A DNA stretch of 64,000 nt from Rhizaria sp. SCN 62-66 (taxonomy: Eukaryota), in NCBI GenBank assembly GCA_001724265.1, contig MEDY01000009.1:1-64000 (forward strand), read 5' to 3'. Both the position numbers and the translations under genes were made by a program. Below are positions 36,901-50,300 of the stretch, piece after piece. Position 1 is the stretch's first letter. Each line of letters begins with the position of its first letter. Under the pieces are notes generated by a model. It saw only the letters and a list, made by a program, of their open reading frames with translations. It ran no database searches and was not told where the DNA came from.

Positions 36901-39900
36901 ACTAATCAATGCGGGCACCGCACCCTTTTTATCGTGTAAGTACAACACATTCGCAGGCACCACAAGCACGAACGTTGCTGTACTTCCGATTTTAGGTCCG
37001 CTTATTACAATACCACTGGCTGCATTTATTGAGGCTGCGTCTGACTTGTACAAGGATGCTGCGATTGTGCTTCATTGCACATTATCTAATAATGTAAATA
37101 TTTCTGCAACGGGCATTGTCACCTTAAGAAGTTTCGTAAGCCCAACAACCGCAGTGACCTCTACATTCAAAAGTATTGACGGGCCCACCGGTGCGCGTAA
37201 TGTTTACATCCTGCGTGACTCTAACTACGCCGGCACAGGAGAGCCGCTACGCGCAATCATGACATCTCTTCCCACTTTTTCAGGCAGCAATGGCGCATTT
37301 ACTACGACAATTCTTCTTGACATTGGACTTCCACTCTCGCTAATGTCTCCAACAGGCTCATCCTGTACTGTGACCATCTATGATGCTGACTATAATGTTG
37401 TAGCTGAACACAGCCAGACTAACGCTGTGACGTCTATAAATTATGCGAACATCACGTTTCCAGGAGCGGTTATTGGCGGCCATGTTGCATTAACTTTCAC
37501 CGTACACCTATTCAATGGTGATTATGAGTCCCGCACAACTTCAGCCACTATTACCGCATCATTGTCCTACACCTACGTCACTGGAGGCGCAACTACAGTT
37601 GCACACATGCCCGTAGTGTCAAGAGTTATACCTGCCCGCGACACCATCCCTGCACAGAGCACGGGCTGTCCCGCAAGATTGGCGCCACAACTGCCGTACG
37701 TTAAACGCACCTCAGTTACAGACTTTGTGATCAAGCCACCTGTCTTGGCAGCCTTATCTGGCGTTGCAGTCGGAGATACTGGCGTAACAACGCTGTCAAA
37801 CACAGATCAAGTTGAGATTGATGTGGTTTCTAACTCTGTGACACTCATTCTTTGCATGTATGCAGGTAATGATACGTCATACAGCATTGCAAGTTTCGGT
37901 AGCGTCTCGGGCACTGTCACCAATGTTAAGCTCACAATTGGAGCTTTGATTCCACAAGAAAACTCGCTCACAGTCCGCTGCACAGCAACTGGAACTTCGA
38001 GTACTATGAGCCATGGCATCGCACCGCTGTCTATGAAGATCGGTCGCTATGTCGCATCTTCTTTTATGTACAATCTTGCTAGCTATACTAACGGATGCTA
38101 CAAAAACACCCTTGACATCGGTGCATACGATGCAAACAGGCCCTTTAAGGCCCGCATTCGCATTCTACCCGTCGGCTCCTCGCTTGAGATTAATGCCGAT
38201 TTACCAGTAAAATTGTTTCAAACCTCTGCTGATTACTGGCAGTTCTACTTTGCGGAGGGCGTTTACGCCACTTCTTTTAGCTTGTGCACGATGACTCAAG
38301 AAGATCCGTATGAAGTGCTCTTTGAATACCCCTCATGCTCAGCCCAAGTTTTTCCTGACAACAAAACCCTTCGCATTAGCACTGGCACCCCGTCAATAAG
38401 TCGGCCGTACACACCATATGTGCGCTGGACCACTAAAGTGACGCTTACGCTTACGACAGTGTCACCATCTCCCGCCGCACGCCCGTTTGTAACAGCACCT
38501 TCTATTGGGTTTGCATCCAATGAAGGCAACGTTTTCCTTAACGCCAACGTCGACTTGTTGTCGGTAGACCTTCTAATTGATACTAGTGTGTCAATTTGGA
38601 CTTACAGCAACACAGTAAACACAATTACTGGCTTTAAAGTAACAACATTGCTTGATGCTGTGGCGCTACCTGCTGCGTCCCAAACTCGCCAGTACACAGC
38701 TAGATACACGTTTCCCGCAAATCGCGAGTTGCAGTCCTACATTGCAAGTCGCTGCAGTTTGTCAGTGAATGCAGTAGACTACACTTTTGTCTCTGTTCCC
38801 GCTCTGCAGTTTACGTTTGCGTTGCAGGACGTGGTTACGGTTGACTTTGAACTGTTATCTGATGCTGGGCCGACAACAGGCAGCATCACGATTGTATTAA
38901 CTTGTGACACAGGTATGGCACTACCAGTTGCAATTGGCTCTGCAGTAGTCGATGTTTCTATTCTTGCTAAGCCTACTGTTGTCGACGGCGATAGCGTCAC
39001 GCTACAGGGTCAAGGGGTTACCAGCACTACTGCTCTACCAACGCAGCTGTCTGTGACAAATCCACAACTCTCGGATCCCGGCAACTCGCGAAACTCCAAT
39101 TTCTCGTTTGTCATCGACATGACAGGACGCAATGGCATTAGCATCGACGATGTATTAATGCTAACGGTAGACGCACACATTAGCAGCCTCTTTACAGTTC
39201 TTGTAACAGCAAGTTCAGGCACGCTCAGCACATCGGATACAGCGACTGGTAGCCAGATGCCTTTCTCCGCCGCGGTTAAGTTTAACACAGCACATCATTT
39301 CTCCACAGGAACTCTGCTTCTAGTTACCGGCGTTAGGGTCGCAAATCCTCCTGTCAGTGCGGCAAGCTTTGTCATCACTGCTGGTCTTTTCGACCGCAAT
39401 GGGGATGTTATTGCAACCTCCACACAGCTTACGTATAATCTCATGCATGCGACCTTAACACCATCTGCAAGTATTTCTCAGTACGTTGCTCATAACAGTG
39501 GAACATTGTCTGTCACTACATTAGTTCACTCCAACTTATACAGTGGGGACCAGCTGCAGTTTTTAATGCACTCACCCGCACTTATGCAGGCGCCGAGCAC
39601 ATGCTCCATTGAGCTCAACGGCACCACACTGGCGAGCACCATCGCCATTATTGCCACTGGTCCAATGAACAACGACCTCTTCTACCCCCGTCTACTCATC
39701 GCCGTTACAATGCAAAGCGATTACGGCGTTGCATCAACACCGGCATTGCACTTCGTTCTAATTATCTGCAACAGCTTTATTGCTCCACCAGAGTACAACG
39801 GGAGCGGACAAAACCTGGCACGTCTCGTAAATGGAGCGGGCGTTGAGCTGGCCACCACTACGTTTGATTACGGCAGCCCGATATCTCCAATGGTTTCGGA

Positions 39901-42900
39901 AAGTATTGTAAAAAGTGGAAGTAGTGTCCACGGAGCATCTACAGGCGTGCTTACCGCTGTTAGTATTGCGTCATCAACTTTTTTTAGGAACAGTGACACC
40001 GTTTCTCTTGGTCCCACATCATTGTTTACGGACACTGTTGGCGACTGTGCATGCGTCCCCGTTGGAGCTACTGTTATCACCCCAGTTACCGGCCAGACCC
40101 TCGAGTGGACTTTGTCTGGAATCACCGCCACCGGCGCTACCTTTAGCATCTTCTGTCCTTGCGCAAAAAACCCGGTTGTCGATGCATTTGCAACGGTAAC
40201 AGTGGTAGTAAAAACATTATATTCCGGTGTTATTGCACGTAGTGACGGAGTTTATGCGATTGCCCCTTCAAGTCTCGGTGCGTTTATTGTACAAAACACA
40301 CTTTCAACAACCATCATAGGACAGCAAAGTAGTATCGAGTTTATGTTTGTTGACAGCACAACCTATGCAGACTCAGACGCTACATTTGAGATGCCCAGCT
40401 TACACACTGACATGGAACCACTTACAGACTTCGAGTGTGAGTTTACTGGCACAGATTTGATCGGCCGCGCAATTACGCATGCTCTAATGGCGACATTGAC
40501 AACTGCGACAGGTTTTAACGCGACTATTCCACGCCTGACTCCAAGCACTGTACGAACAACATTTAGCTTGCAAGGAGCGACTATCACTTGCTCCCAGTTA
40601 CAGAATCCACCACTGACAACGCCTGGCGCAAACTTTACAGTGCTCCTTCTTGACCGAGACTCACATGACGCGATACTAACGGGCTTCACGACACTGCCAC
40701 CGATGACGTTGCCACCGCCACTTCTCAGTACAGTTAATGGCGAGCTTCACTTTGTAAACGCAATCGAGGGTGTAACAAGTGGCTTCTCAATTAGTTTAGT
40801 CCTCGACCCGTTTTCATTTCCCGCATTGACTACGGAAAGCGTTTACGTCGGATCTATCCCATTACCCGCGGATTTCGAGCCAATCACAAATCCATCTCAA
40901 TGCGATGCTGTATTATCTCCTCTAAGTGGCTTCACACTCACTCAACCAACATCGTCGATTGACTCCGTCACACGCATGCTCACCTTTTCGTTTAACGCAT
41001 ACGCCTTGATGGACACCACAAATTCCCGACCTATGGTCGTAATAAGCTGTGTGGCAGCGGTGATGGTTCCACTTATTATTACATCGTTGTCTTTTTCGGT
41101 TAGCTTGGTCGTAACGCCTGACATCCCAGCAACTCCGGCATGGGTCTTATCAGGAGGCGTGACAACTGGCCCCACTCTTGCTGTGAAACCAACGCCAACC
41201 CTAGTACCATCCTATTTGTGGCGCAACGATAGCGGACGCACCGCGTCATTTGCATTGCAATTCCAAGCTTTACCCATTGCGTTAGAGCAAGGCGCATCAG
41301 TACTTATTTCATCAGCCGTCTTGTTTGCATCCCCAGATTTTAACTGTAACGCGTCATCCCATGGTATTGCGCTTGCGCCGTTATCAGTCGCGACAACTAG
41401 TGATCCCACATCGGACCTAACGACTGCAGCAAATGCAGTCTCAACTATCACACTGGGGTCAACACCGAGCACCACGGTCCCCGTCGGCACAGTGCTAACG
41501 GTGACATGTTCGGGGACTGTAAATCCGTCAGCAGTGACTTTTACAGGCGCATATACACACGTTGTTGTGCTTAATGCACCAAACAATGTTGCTCTGACGC
41601 ATGATACCATCGCTAATTTTGGCCAGATTGCACCAGTTACATTGACAGGCTCACTGACGTTTTCACCAGCGCTTCTTAATATGCGCACCTTGTTTACTCT
41701 AAAAGCGCTGATTGACACTATCTTACAGCCAGGAGATACGCTGTCCATGTCCCTCCCTGCCTTTGGGAGCGTGTCAGCCGCGGATGCCACTGACTGCACA
41801 ATTGCGTATAACAACGGTGCCGCCGCACCAGCGACCGTAGGTGCTGCCAGCAATGTTGGCACTCTTGTTTTAACAGTTGCGCTGAACGCCGCACCGTCAG
41901 ACGTTGACCACAACGAGATTGTACTCTCATGTAATCTTACATCACCGCGTATAATGCCTCTGCCTAGCACAGCCACTGTGACAATATCCAACGTCTACGA
42001 GCAAATTGTGTCATCAGCTGACTTGGACTATGTTTTGACCGCACAGCCTATTCTTGTTGTTGCAACACCAGCATTACCAATTCTCAATGTGGAAAACATC
42101 TTAACACTACTTTTGGAGATCGAATTCTTCGATGGTGATCAGATCATTCTGCATTCGAATGAGGCCACGCTGACCAGCTGCTATTCAATGACGTCAGGCG
42201 TGACTGTGACTATGACAGGATCAATTGCAGCGCTGGCGTTGGCTCAGCCAATTAATAGCATTCATAGTGTCACAATTGTATGTCAGCCTGTTACGATCGC
42301 TCCTCCCATTGTGCCCAATGCAAATGCATCAGTAACTGTATCTCTTTTAGATTACAACGACAGTCAGGTGTCAACAGGCGCGGGGAGCTTTGCTGTCCAA
42401 GCGGAGTACACCGGTGTCTTTATTGACGCCGCTATCAGTTCGCCATTTGTGTATGACACAAGTCACGTGTCTCTAACAATTACAGGCAGCGACTTTGCGC
42501 TACTCGCAGGCAACGAGTTTCGCATTGCAGGCTTTCCGGCCGGGATGACGCTTAATGCTGGTGCCAGTTGCACCCTTAGTCCTGGATCTTTGACTATGCT
42601 GGCAACGCTTAGTGCGGGCACCCTTTCAATGGCGCTGCCAGATCCGACAGGCACAGTCTCCACAGTCACGTCCGGCAGCGTATTAGAATGCTCGAGTTTT
42701 ACTAACCCATCAGGTCCACTGCCAGCATCATCACTTCGTTTTACCGCAGTAAGCGGCGCTATCACAATGCTAACAGCTGGTGCTTTACTACCTGCTATAG
42801 AGTCCGGTGACATTGCCGAGTTCGCGGAACTTACATTTGCAGACTCTCGTACTTATGCAAATACGACCATGTCCATCAACTTTACCATGCCGTCGTCGTT

Positions 42901-45900
42901 GCTTATGTCCACTGACATTGAGGTTTACGTTCTACTACCAGAAGTCTACTCGTTTAGTGCGCCTTCTATTGATTGCACTGCAACAGCAGACAACATGACC
43001 GTGTTTGGCTCGACAACCCAGCCTGCTTTAGCGCCTGCACCCTTCCGCGTTGGATTTAAGCCCATTGCCCCGTTACCCACTATTACAGCAGCGCCATTCC
43101 GCGTTGTGATTTCATGCACAGCCATGAACAACGCGCGAGGAGTTTCCGCGCTGCCAAGCAAGGCCCGCATATCTTTTGTCAACACTCTCAGTGGATTTGA
43201 CCCAACGCTTTATAATGCGACATTTGGCTTTATTCCTTTGCCTTCCGTGATATCGCGTCTAATGGGTCAACACGCTGCAACGCTTACCCTTGCAAACGCG
43301 TTACCGGGAGCTGTGACCTCTGTAATCTTAAGTCTCAATGTGATCGCTGATGAAATTTCAGTGTGGCCCGGCGAGAGCATTGTCTTTGGCTTACCAGCGG
43401 AGTTTAAAGTCGCAGCCGGCGGCATGACTGAGTGCATTATGAAACACAATGGCGCCATCGTCAACGGTACAACCCAAGTTTCCAAGGCGTATAGGCGTAT
43501 TCAGTTTATGTTGCAATCACCAGCTGCGTATACATCGCCAGCGGATGAATCTGTCATCACATGTGACCATATCCTGAACCCGCCCTCTGAGACAGCTGCT
43601 GTGAGCGATCTTACCGCCGCGGTTATGACTTCGGAGGCCAATCTGATCGCAGTGACCTCCACAATGCCTCTTGCTGCTGTGAAGCCAACAGCACTTGGCC
43701 TTGATGGCAATGACATGGTGGCTGTGCGCAATGTGAATGGTCAGTATCAGTATAATGTGCGTGTAAGCCCCATGAATTGGAACTTTACAGCTGGCATGGC
43801 ACTGCGATTTGATTGGCCAACAAGCGAAGTCGTGTTAACTGCTGGCGCAAACTGCCGTGTTGTTTTTGGGAGCACGACACCGTATACGATGTCTGCAACG
43901 ACTTCTATTGACATTGCACATACGCTAGTTTTAGTGATACTGCGAGGCTCTTACGTGCAAGTACCTGCAGCCGCCAGTGATGTCATGAATGTGTGGTGTA
44001 CACCAGTTTCTGCCGTTACTGGAAACATTGGTGTCAAGATTTACGATGGTGTTACAGTACAAGGAATTGATCCTGCATCTGGCATAATCTACGCACAGTC
44101 GGTGTCAGCCGTAAAAGGAAGTCTGAGTCCTCCATCAAGTTTGATAAATCCGTGGAGTGCGTTGTTAGATTGGACTGCAAAGCTTGTCACCACACCTGTG
44201 GTTATATTTGACTCAATCGGCAATTTGATCATGAACTTTTACAGTGATACAACGGTATCACCCGGCACTGCTGTAACATTGTTTGCGCCACTGCAGGAGA
44301 AGTTGGCCAATAACGCAACATTGGAATGTCTTGTTAATGGCATGCTTGTTGAAACCCGTCGCAACACGGCTGCCACAAGCGAGTTTACTTTAGTGCTCGG
44401 TGAAGGGCTGTTTTACATTCCGAATCAAGCGATGAACATTTCGTGCACAGTAAACACTGAGATCATTATGCTGATCCCGATCCGCATAACCGACTCAGTG
44501 GGCGTTACGGTGCCAATCACGCCAAATCCTGCAGTTGCAGAGCTAGCGCAAATGGGCGAGTACGAGCTTTTGTTCTACTACAACACAACAACGCTACGTA
44601 TGCCATCGCCTATGGTGATTACTGTGCAGGCATTGAACACAATCCTGTCACCAGGAGACTATATGTTGATCAATTTACCCGACGGCTTTGACACTAGCGA
44701 AAATACGGTTTGTTCTGTCCTGATGACATATGAGTACGCTGCAGGCGCAGTAACAAACCCTGAGAGTTTCACAACGCAGCTCCAAGGCGCCACTCTCAAA
44801 CTTATCTTTGAGGGCGATAGCAACTCGTTTAACGCCACGAGCTTTGTTGGCGCCCCAGTAATTACGCGGCAGTGGGAGGCAACAGGTACACTGAGACCTG
44901 CTTATGGCGGCGCACTTGCGGCAGACGGTTACATAGGGTCGACGTGGTTTGCTGGCGATGTTGTCAGCACTGAGATCGCTTGTACCAATATCATGCGCAC
45001 GTCTTTAGCGCGGGTTCCATACAGTGACAGCCCAACACAGCAGGCTATTGGTGCCTATGTCTCAAACACTCTTGTTGCGCGCGGTAGCGCTGACGCAGTG
45101 ACGATGAATGTGCCACCAATTGCCGCTATACTTTCCGCTACAACATCCAGCTTTATTCTTTCCGGGACTACTACCCCTGTCACCGCATATAGCAGCATGG
45201 GTCTCAGCGTATTTATGCAGAACATCACCGTTTCTCCGATTGCCGGTGACGTGCTTCACTTTATGCCTTCAACTCCAGCATCAGGCACTCCGTGGGACTT
45301 GTCAAGCCCGGCTTTACAATGCACTGTGCGCGTCGATCTAGATCTTGTGCAAAATCTCCCTATAGCTGCATTTGCGATCTTTGATAGTACAACTGGCGGC
45401 ATTGCTGTGACGATTCCAGCCGGTGTTTCAGCGACTCCGTCAATACCGCCGGGGCAAGTCGACATGACATTGCTCTGTGCGCCAGTGCACGCACCTTCGG
45501 TGGCTGTGGCGGCAACCGTTATCGGGACTTCGTCGTGGCAGCTTGTTGACTCACTCAACAGACTTGTTGTGTCGAGCGCTGCAAATAGTGCAGTCGAGCC
45601 CGAGATTGTCGTGGCATCGTTGACAGACACGATTGGAGTACTTGTTTTTCCTTTTACAGCAAGCCCCATAGCCCGCCTATATACTATGTTTACTTTGAAC
45701 GCATCACAGAGTGAAGAGGCCACGTTACACCTCCCCATAAGCGTAGCTTTCCCGATAACGTTACCTGCACAGGGTTTTGAATGTTCTATTGATGAGGCTC
45801 CTCCGACTACTGCAACGATAGCTGGGACAATGCTACAATTGACTTTTAACAGTGTGCTGGTAGCTGGTGTTAATCACACTGTACGCTGCGGCGAATTCGC

Positions 45901-47065
45901 AACAGTCAATGGCGCGACTGAGACTTCGATCAATCCCGCAACGATTACTGTCGGCGGCATCATCACAGCTACCACAAGCTCGGGCTTGTTCATTAGCGGC
46001 TCCTTTGACCCTAGCGTACTCATTGCGCTTACTATAGTTTCACTTGGAAACGCGCAGCCAGACTCCCACGGAACAATTACAATCGACATAAATATCCCGT
46101 TCACTTTGCCTTCAGGTGGCGACATTACAGTAACAATGCCGTCTATCGCCTGGGACTTGACTAACTTATCCACATGCAATATCACAAGTCTTGGCATTAC
46201 AACTTCAGCTGCAGTCACCACTTTGCTTGCATTATCGACATTCACAGTGGTGTTACCCGCGTCTATAACTGGCGCCATGGAGCTTAGTTGTGACCACATG
46301 CGCACCCCTGCGGCAGAGTATACCAGTGCGGATCTCGAAATCTTGTTCCACTATAGTGCAATTCCACTTGTCACTGCGAGCGTGCCAATAAAACCGTTAC
46401 TGCTATCGTACAGTGTAGCTATTCCACTGCTAACACCGTCATCGGCGCCGCTCGCGCCGTACGAGCTTGTGGCTAGCTTCCTCATCACAGCCTATCGCAC
46501 GGCTGTGCTCTCTGGCTCTCAGCGCGACACGCTTTTGCTTAACCTGAACGCAGTGGTACACAATGCGCTAATCAAGTCTGTGCACGTTCATCGGCAGTGG
46601 CGTTTGGGGTCGCATAAGGTTGTTGTGCAAGTGATCGTGAGGCCAGAGTACGGCCCCACTATGTTGCCGGGCTCAGTAGCACCACTACTTGCCAGTATGA
46701 TTCCAATCATGTTTAAACTGCGTGTTACCAGCCCGGTCAAACTGGCGGGCACGCTTGGGATTGTGACAGATCCCGTTGAGCTGCCAATTCCGCTCACGTG
46801 CACCGACGGTGATCTCAACGACAAAGAGACAGACATTGACTGTGGTGGGCACACGTGTCGCGGCTGCGAAGACTCTAACGTTTGCGGGGCGGGCAGGGAC
46901 TGCATGTCAACGCTGTGTAACAGCGGCTCTTGCCAGTACCCACTCAACGGCATTTCTGCAGCTTCAATCAATCCAGTCAACTTAAACATGATTGTTGCAA
47001 TGACCCTACTCGCAGTAATTGTTGGATTCATGTGGGTCACGCATGAACAGCAACAACTTCAATGA
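33947..47065 (+). CDS. Giant (~4372 aa) secreted/membrane-anchored beta-rich repeat surface protein with an in-frame TAG at 34400-34402
   Basis: Hydrophobic signal-like N-terminus (MFTCAATTFARVVGTLSLCIAMIQVLVLPMLNA) in the same frame as the 4213-aa ORF. Thr/Ser/Val-rich degenerate units (GDxLxxxxP...C...C.xxxNP). Cys-rich ETDIDCGG module and hydrophobic C-terminal segment. Ends in TGA. The 5' structure is uncertain. Confidence 0.75.
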
Positions 47066-47345
47066 AGATAAATTGTCAGACATTCTGTGTCAAAGCATTT
47101 TTGCGAAATCCAATAATCTTGTTTTTATCTGACGCGACATCGTGCAATGCCAAGCACCTTGACATGCGAACAAAGTCAACTAATATTATTCACTTGCGTC
47201 TGTTAGTTGACGTGTGTGAGGCGACATCACAGTATCAACTTAGATGAGGTTCATAACAAAGAAATAAAAAAGTCATTATTCTATGTATCTGTCGCTAGTA
47301 TACACATGGTTTGTTCTAGATAATTGTAGTTCTACTTTCTTTGTG

Positions 47346-50300
47346 TCACAGTCCGTAGTTAGCGCATGCGCACCACGCCCGCGGCACGGCTGCATCGGCG
47401 CACGTCCGCTTCTCGCTCACCTGGCGCTCCATCAAACTCACCGCCCACGGCTCCGCGCGCCACACCCCGGCGCCGGCGTCAGCCCCCGCGCGCTCGGCCG
47501 CGCTCGCTTCGTCCTTCGGCAGCGCGTCAGCGGCCGCGACTCCCTGGATCCCGCCAGCAGCGGCGGCGGCTGCAGCGCCCTCGGCTGTGGCCGCGCGGCG
47601 GAAGAGCCACGGCAGCCGCTCCTCCGCGAGCGACAGGTAGTGCGTCGGTGCGTGCAGCGCTTTCGCGGCCGCCGCGCCGGCACCGCGGCCAGTCTCCGCG
47701 CCCGCGCCCGCGCCCGGCGACCACAGGGACTGGACCCCGACGGCAGCAGCAGTGGGAGCATCACTCCAACTCTCAACGGGCTCGGCGCGCGCCACCGCTG
47801 CGGTCGACGCTGCAGGAGTACCGAAAAGCTCGGTGACCGCAGCGTCAAGCTCGTCCGCCGTGATAGCACTGACGGCTGATTGCAGTGCGGCGGCGGCAGT
47901 GGCTGAGTTGGCATTGGGTACGGATGTGCTTTCGGCAGCGGCTCGCGTAGTAGCACGGCGTAACGCGAGCACGCGCAGCGCAACAGCGTCGTCAAACGGG
48001 TGCCGTTGCACGCCCGCCTTGTGCTTGCTTGCTTCAGAGTCAGGACTCAGTGGCGACGTCACCGGCGCGACTGCACGCGCGACCGCCAAGTGTCGCAGCG
48101 TCGCGTACACATCAAACGCTGTCACGAAGCGCTGCTGGTTGGCCTCCAGCGCTTCCACAGCGCCCGGCAGCTCGCGCTCAAGCCAGCGCGGCGTGAGCAC
48201 AGTGAGTAACGGCAGCTTTTGCTCCAAACGGCCGCCGGCGGTGAACTCGAACGCGGGGCCCATGTGCGAGCCATGGTCCGAGACCAGCATCACCACGGCG
48301 TCGCGCAGCCAGCCGCGCGCAACAGAGCCCGGGGACACGCCCGCGCCCGCGCTTGCACCAACGCCCGCTGCGCGGCTATCGCTGGCTGTTGATGCTGTTG
48401 TAGCTGTGGTGTTTTCAGTCACGAAGTCGCTGTCGCCGGCGGGGTAGCGCGCCCAACGTTCGGCCCAGTCCCCGCCAGCCTTGCCAACCTTGCTGTCGCC
48501 CACAGCAGCGGAGCTTTGCGTCGATAGCGTCTCAGAGTGCGACTGCGGACGCGAAAGACCCTGGCGAAGAAACGCCTCTAGGTCAGCGTCGACATACGCG
48601 ATCACTTCACTGGAGCCCTCGTGGGCCTCGGCGAACTCGACGAACGCGAGCCTCGGCTTGCGCACCTTATGTTTCGCCACGGTCTTGCTCTTGCAGATCG
48701 TCGTCGTGACAACCTCGTCGTCCTCCTCGAACTTAGAGTCCACACCCGTGCCCATCGCCGAGTCAGCCACGCCGCGCACAGTCACGCGCCCGCGCTCGCC
48801 CGGCGCGGCGCACGCCTCGTCCTTGTGCTCGCTCTCGCCGTCGGGCGGCTGCCACCCGGGCCCCGCGCTCGCAGCCGCGCGCTTACGACGAGACGCCGGG
48901 GGCAGAGGGAAGTCCAGAGGCGCACTGACAGAGGAGTCGCGGTGGGGGCTCGCGTACACCGCGGCGGAGGGGTCGGGATGCGTCAGGAACTGCCGCGTCA
49001 CCTCCAGCTCATAGGCGTGCACCGAACGGCCCGCGATGCAGCGGCGCGACATCGAGTAGGGCCCGACGAAGTTGGTCCACTGGTGGTCGTTGTTGTGCTC
49101 GGGATGGCAGAAGGGCGCGGTGACCTCAACGTCCCACGCGGCGGGCGTCCACGCCGCCTCGCGCTCCATCGATACACACCGGCCGGCGACGAAGCCCGTG
49201 GCGTAGCCCGCTGCGCGGAACGCCGCGGGCAGCGGGGCCGTGTGCTCGGCGCGGAAGCGGCCCTCGTTGTACGAGAGCAGCGGCAGCTGCAGCGGGGATG
49301 TCGAGCGCGAGAGCATCGCGCCAAGGTTGCCCACCGTGTTCTTCTCCACGACGTGGTAGTGGAAGTACTGCATCACGCGCGGCGCGGGCTCCAGCTCGTT
49401 CAGAAGCTTGACATCGGCCGCCGTTTCGTTGCGCGTCTTGCTCTTGCCGGCGGCCGCGTTGGAGCGCGCCTGCAGCTGCGAGAGCAGCGCGGCGGTGAGC
49501 GGCATGCGGCGGTGGAACATGGGCCGCGAGAGCGCGTCGATGAACAGCACCACCACGTCGGGCTGCCTCACACCGCCGGGCCACGCGTCACCACGACTCG
49601 CTTCACCCGCACCGCTGCCGCGCTGGGCGTCTTGCGCGCCGCTGCTCTGACTCGGAGGCTGAGCGGCACGGATGTGTGCGGCCTGCGCGGCCCAGTCCGC
49701 AAGCTCGGTCTCGAGCAGCCACCGCGGGGGCATCACCTCTGCATCGTCGCTGCTGCTGCTGCTGCCACTGGCGTCGCCGGTGTACACGGCCGGCGGCGCA
49801 GGCAGCCTGTGCCAGTAAAGCGGCGGCACAGGAGGCAGCAGGTGGCTGTGCGCGAGCGGCCTGCGCGCCAGCCTGCTCTGCAGCCAACCCGCGTCGCTGA
49901 CGAACTCGACCTCCTCCGCCGCGGACGCCGCGTCCACCGGCTGGGGCTCGCCCAGTGCGGCCGCGGTGGCGTTAAAGCGCGGCGACGCGCGGACGCGCCA
50001 CGCCGGGTCTGCCAGCGCGCGCAGGAAAGCGGGCACGGGCAGCTCCTCGGGGCCCGGCACGCGCGTGGCCGCGTCGTAAAGCGACGGCGCGGCGACCGGG
50101 GAGTGCGGCGGCGGCGGCAGCGTGTCGACGCCCGCGGCGTGACATAGCGCCAGGTCCCACGCGCGCGAGAGGCCCCATGACGGGGACGCGGCGGCGCACG
50201 GGTCGGAACGCAAAAATGGCGACAAGTCATTGTTCCCCCGATTGTTGTTGTTGAACATGTGGGCAAGCGGGGCGACAGGCGGCGGAAAGGCGCTTTGGCC

